From contig NC_052176.1 of assembly GCF_902713615.1 (NCBI RefSeq), positions 10,120,243-10,184,242 of the forward strand: a DNA stretch of 64,000 nucleotides. The letters are read 5' to 3'. The stretch comes from Scyliorhinus canicula (taxonomy: Eukaryota). The number at the start of each line of letters is the position of its first letter. Position 1 is the first letter of the stretch. Shown in pieces: positions 62,201-64,000 of the stretch. A program made the translations under genes and the position numbers. Below the pieces are notes generated by a model. The model saw only the letters and a program-made list of their open reading frames with translations, was not told the DNA's origin and did no database searches.

Positions 62201-64000
62201 GCTGTGGAGATAGAGGACATGGCTGAGGTACTAACTGATTACATTGCATCTGTCATCACAAAACAAGTAGATGCTGCTAATGTCACAGTGAAGGAGGAGT
62301 TGGTGGAGTATTGGACAGGATGGAAATAGATAAAGAGGAGGCAATGACAAGTTTGGCAGGGCTCACAGTAGAAAATCACCCAATCCAGATGGGATACTCC
62401 TGGATTACTGAGGGAAAGAAGGGTGGAAATAGCAGAGATTCCAACCACTATCTTTCAATCCTCCTGGGATATGGGAGTGAAGTCCGAGAACTGCAGTTTG
62501 TTGATGTGACATCTGTGTTTAAAATGGAGAGGTATAAACCCTGTAACTAGAGCAGTTAGTCTAATGCTGGTGGGGGGAAACGTTTAGAGAGAATAATCTG
62601 GGAGAAAATTAATTGTCACTTGGTGGAACATGGATTGATAAATGAAAACCAGGATAGATTAGTGAACGAAAAATTGAAATACTTAATCATAGAATTTACA
62701 GTGCAGAAGGAGGCCATTCAGCCCATCAAGTCTGCACCTGCTCTTGGAAAGATCACCCTACCCAAGGTTCACACCTCCACCCTATCCCCATAACCCAGCA
62801 ACCCCACCCAACACTAAGATCAATTTTAGACACTAAGGGCAATTTAGCATGGCCAATCCACCTAACTTGCACATCTTTGGACTGTGGGAGGAAACCGGAG
62901 CACCTGGAGCAAACCCAGGCACACACGGGGAGAATGTGCACCCGTGTGTGCCTGGGTCCGCACAGACTCCGCACAGAGAGTGACCCAAGCCGGGAATCGA
63001 ACCTGGGACCCTGGAGCTGTGAAACAATTGTGCTTTCCACAATGCTACCGTGCTGCCCCTAATGAAGTTCAATGATGAAGTTTCAGAGAACATTGAGCCG
63101 GGTGTCAGGTTCATGGTGTCTAGACTTCCAAAGGGGTTTGAAAAAGTCCCACATAATAGACTTGTTAGTAACGTTCCAGCAGATGGGGTTAAAGGGGCAG
63201 TGACTGCACGGATACAAAATTGGAAAAGTGGCAGAAAGGATAAAGTAGTGGTGAGCGGTTGTTTTTCAGAGGGAGGGATTTATACAGAACCAATCAGTTC
63301 AGCCGGCAGTTCTATTCCCATTCCCAGAGCTCTTTCACATTTTAATAACTTCCAGCCCATATCCAGTTTGCTGATGACACTGAGTTAGGGACATGGTTAG
63401 TAGTGAAGGTGGGAGCAGCAAGTTTCAAAGGGTCATTGACAGATTCAGTGAGTGAACAGAACTGTGGCCGATGGTGTACATCACGGGGAAGTGTGAGGTC
63501 ATCCAGCTTGGAGCAAAGACAGATCAGAGAATTTCCCAAACAGGCAGAAACTTGGGACTGTGGAGGAGCAGAGAATGAGAGCTGAGTGAGACTGGCGGGT
63601 GGATAGAGAGCAGCAGCAAAGCAGCCGCGAGAGAGTGAACGAGAGTGACAGCAGAGTGAGAGCGGCAGTGAAAGAGAGAACGAGAGTGACAGCAGAGTGA
63701 GAGCAGCAGTGAGAGAGAGAACGAGAGTGACAGCAGAGTGAGAGCGGCAGTGAGAGAGAGAACGAGAGTGACAGCAGAGTGAGAGCAGCAGTGAGAGAGA
63801 GAACGAGAGTGACAGCAGAGTGAGAGCGGCAGTGAGAGAGAGAACGAGAGTGACAGCAGAGTGAGAGCGGCAGTGAGAGAGAGAACGAGAGTGACAGCAG
63901 AGTGAGAGCGGCAGTGAGAGAGAGAACGAGAGTGACAGCAGAGTGAGATAGGCAGTGAGAGAGAGAACGAGTGACAGCAGAGGGAGAGCGGCAGTGAGAG
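59243..64000 (+). repeat. Segmental duplication, copy 2 of 17514-22200 (includes SINEs, CR1 relic and the 41-bp minisatellite)
   Basis: Colinear match with scattered substitutions and small indels. Confidence 0.92.

Overview
Eukaryotic, repeat-rich vertebrate DNA. The HE1-type SINEs, a Deu-domain SINE, CR1 LINEs and Penelope-derived repeats point to a cartilaginous fish, probably a shark (inference). Layout: (1) 1-12.4 kb is a duplicated and rearranged tRNA gene/pseudogene cluster. It holds apparently intact tRNA-Pro(TGG) and tRNA-Arg(TCG) genes that each carry an intron at the canonical 37/38 position, isotypes normally intronless in vertebrates, plus an intact tRNA-Leu(CAG). (2) 13-35 kb is mostly decayed Gypsy, CR1 and SINE elements, minisatellites and a C2H2 zinc-finger remnant. 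(3) 36.1-43 kb is a replication-dependent histone quintet, H1(+) H4(+) H3(+) H2A(-) H2B(-). H1 is split by a 391-bp palindromic Penelope-derived insertion carrying minimal hammerhead ribozyme motifs. H3 is reduced to a 24-codon tail-only ORF that keeps its promoter and 3' stem-loop. (4) 43-47 kb contains nested transposons. (5) 48-58.7 kb is a GA/GT satellite with higher-order units, followed by a 500-N gap and a second copy of the 17.5-22 kb block. Most long ORFs in the supplied track are repeat artefacts. Boundaries of decayed elements are approximate.
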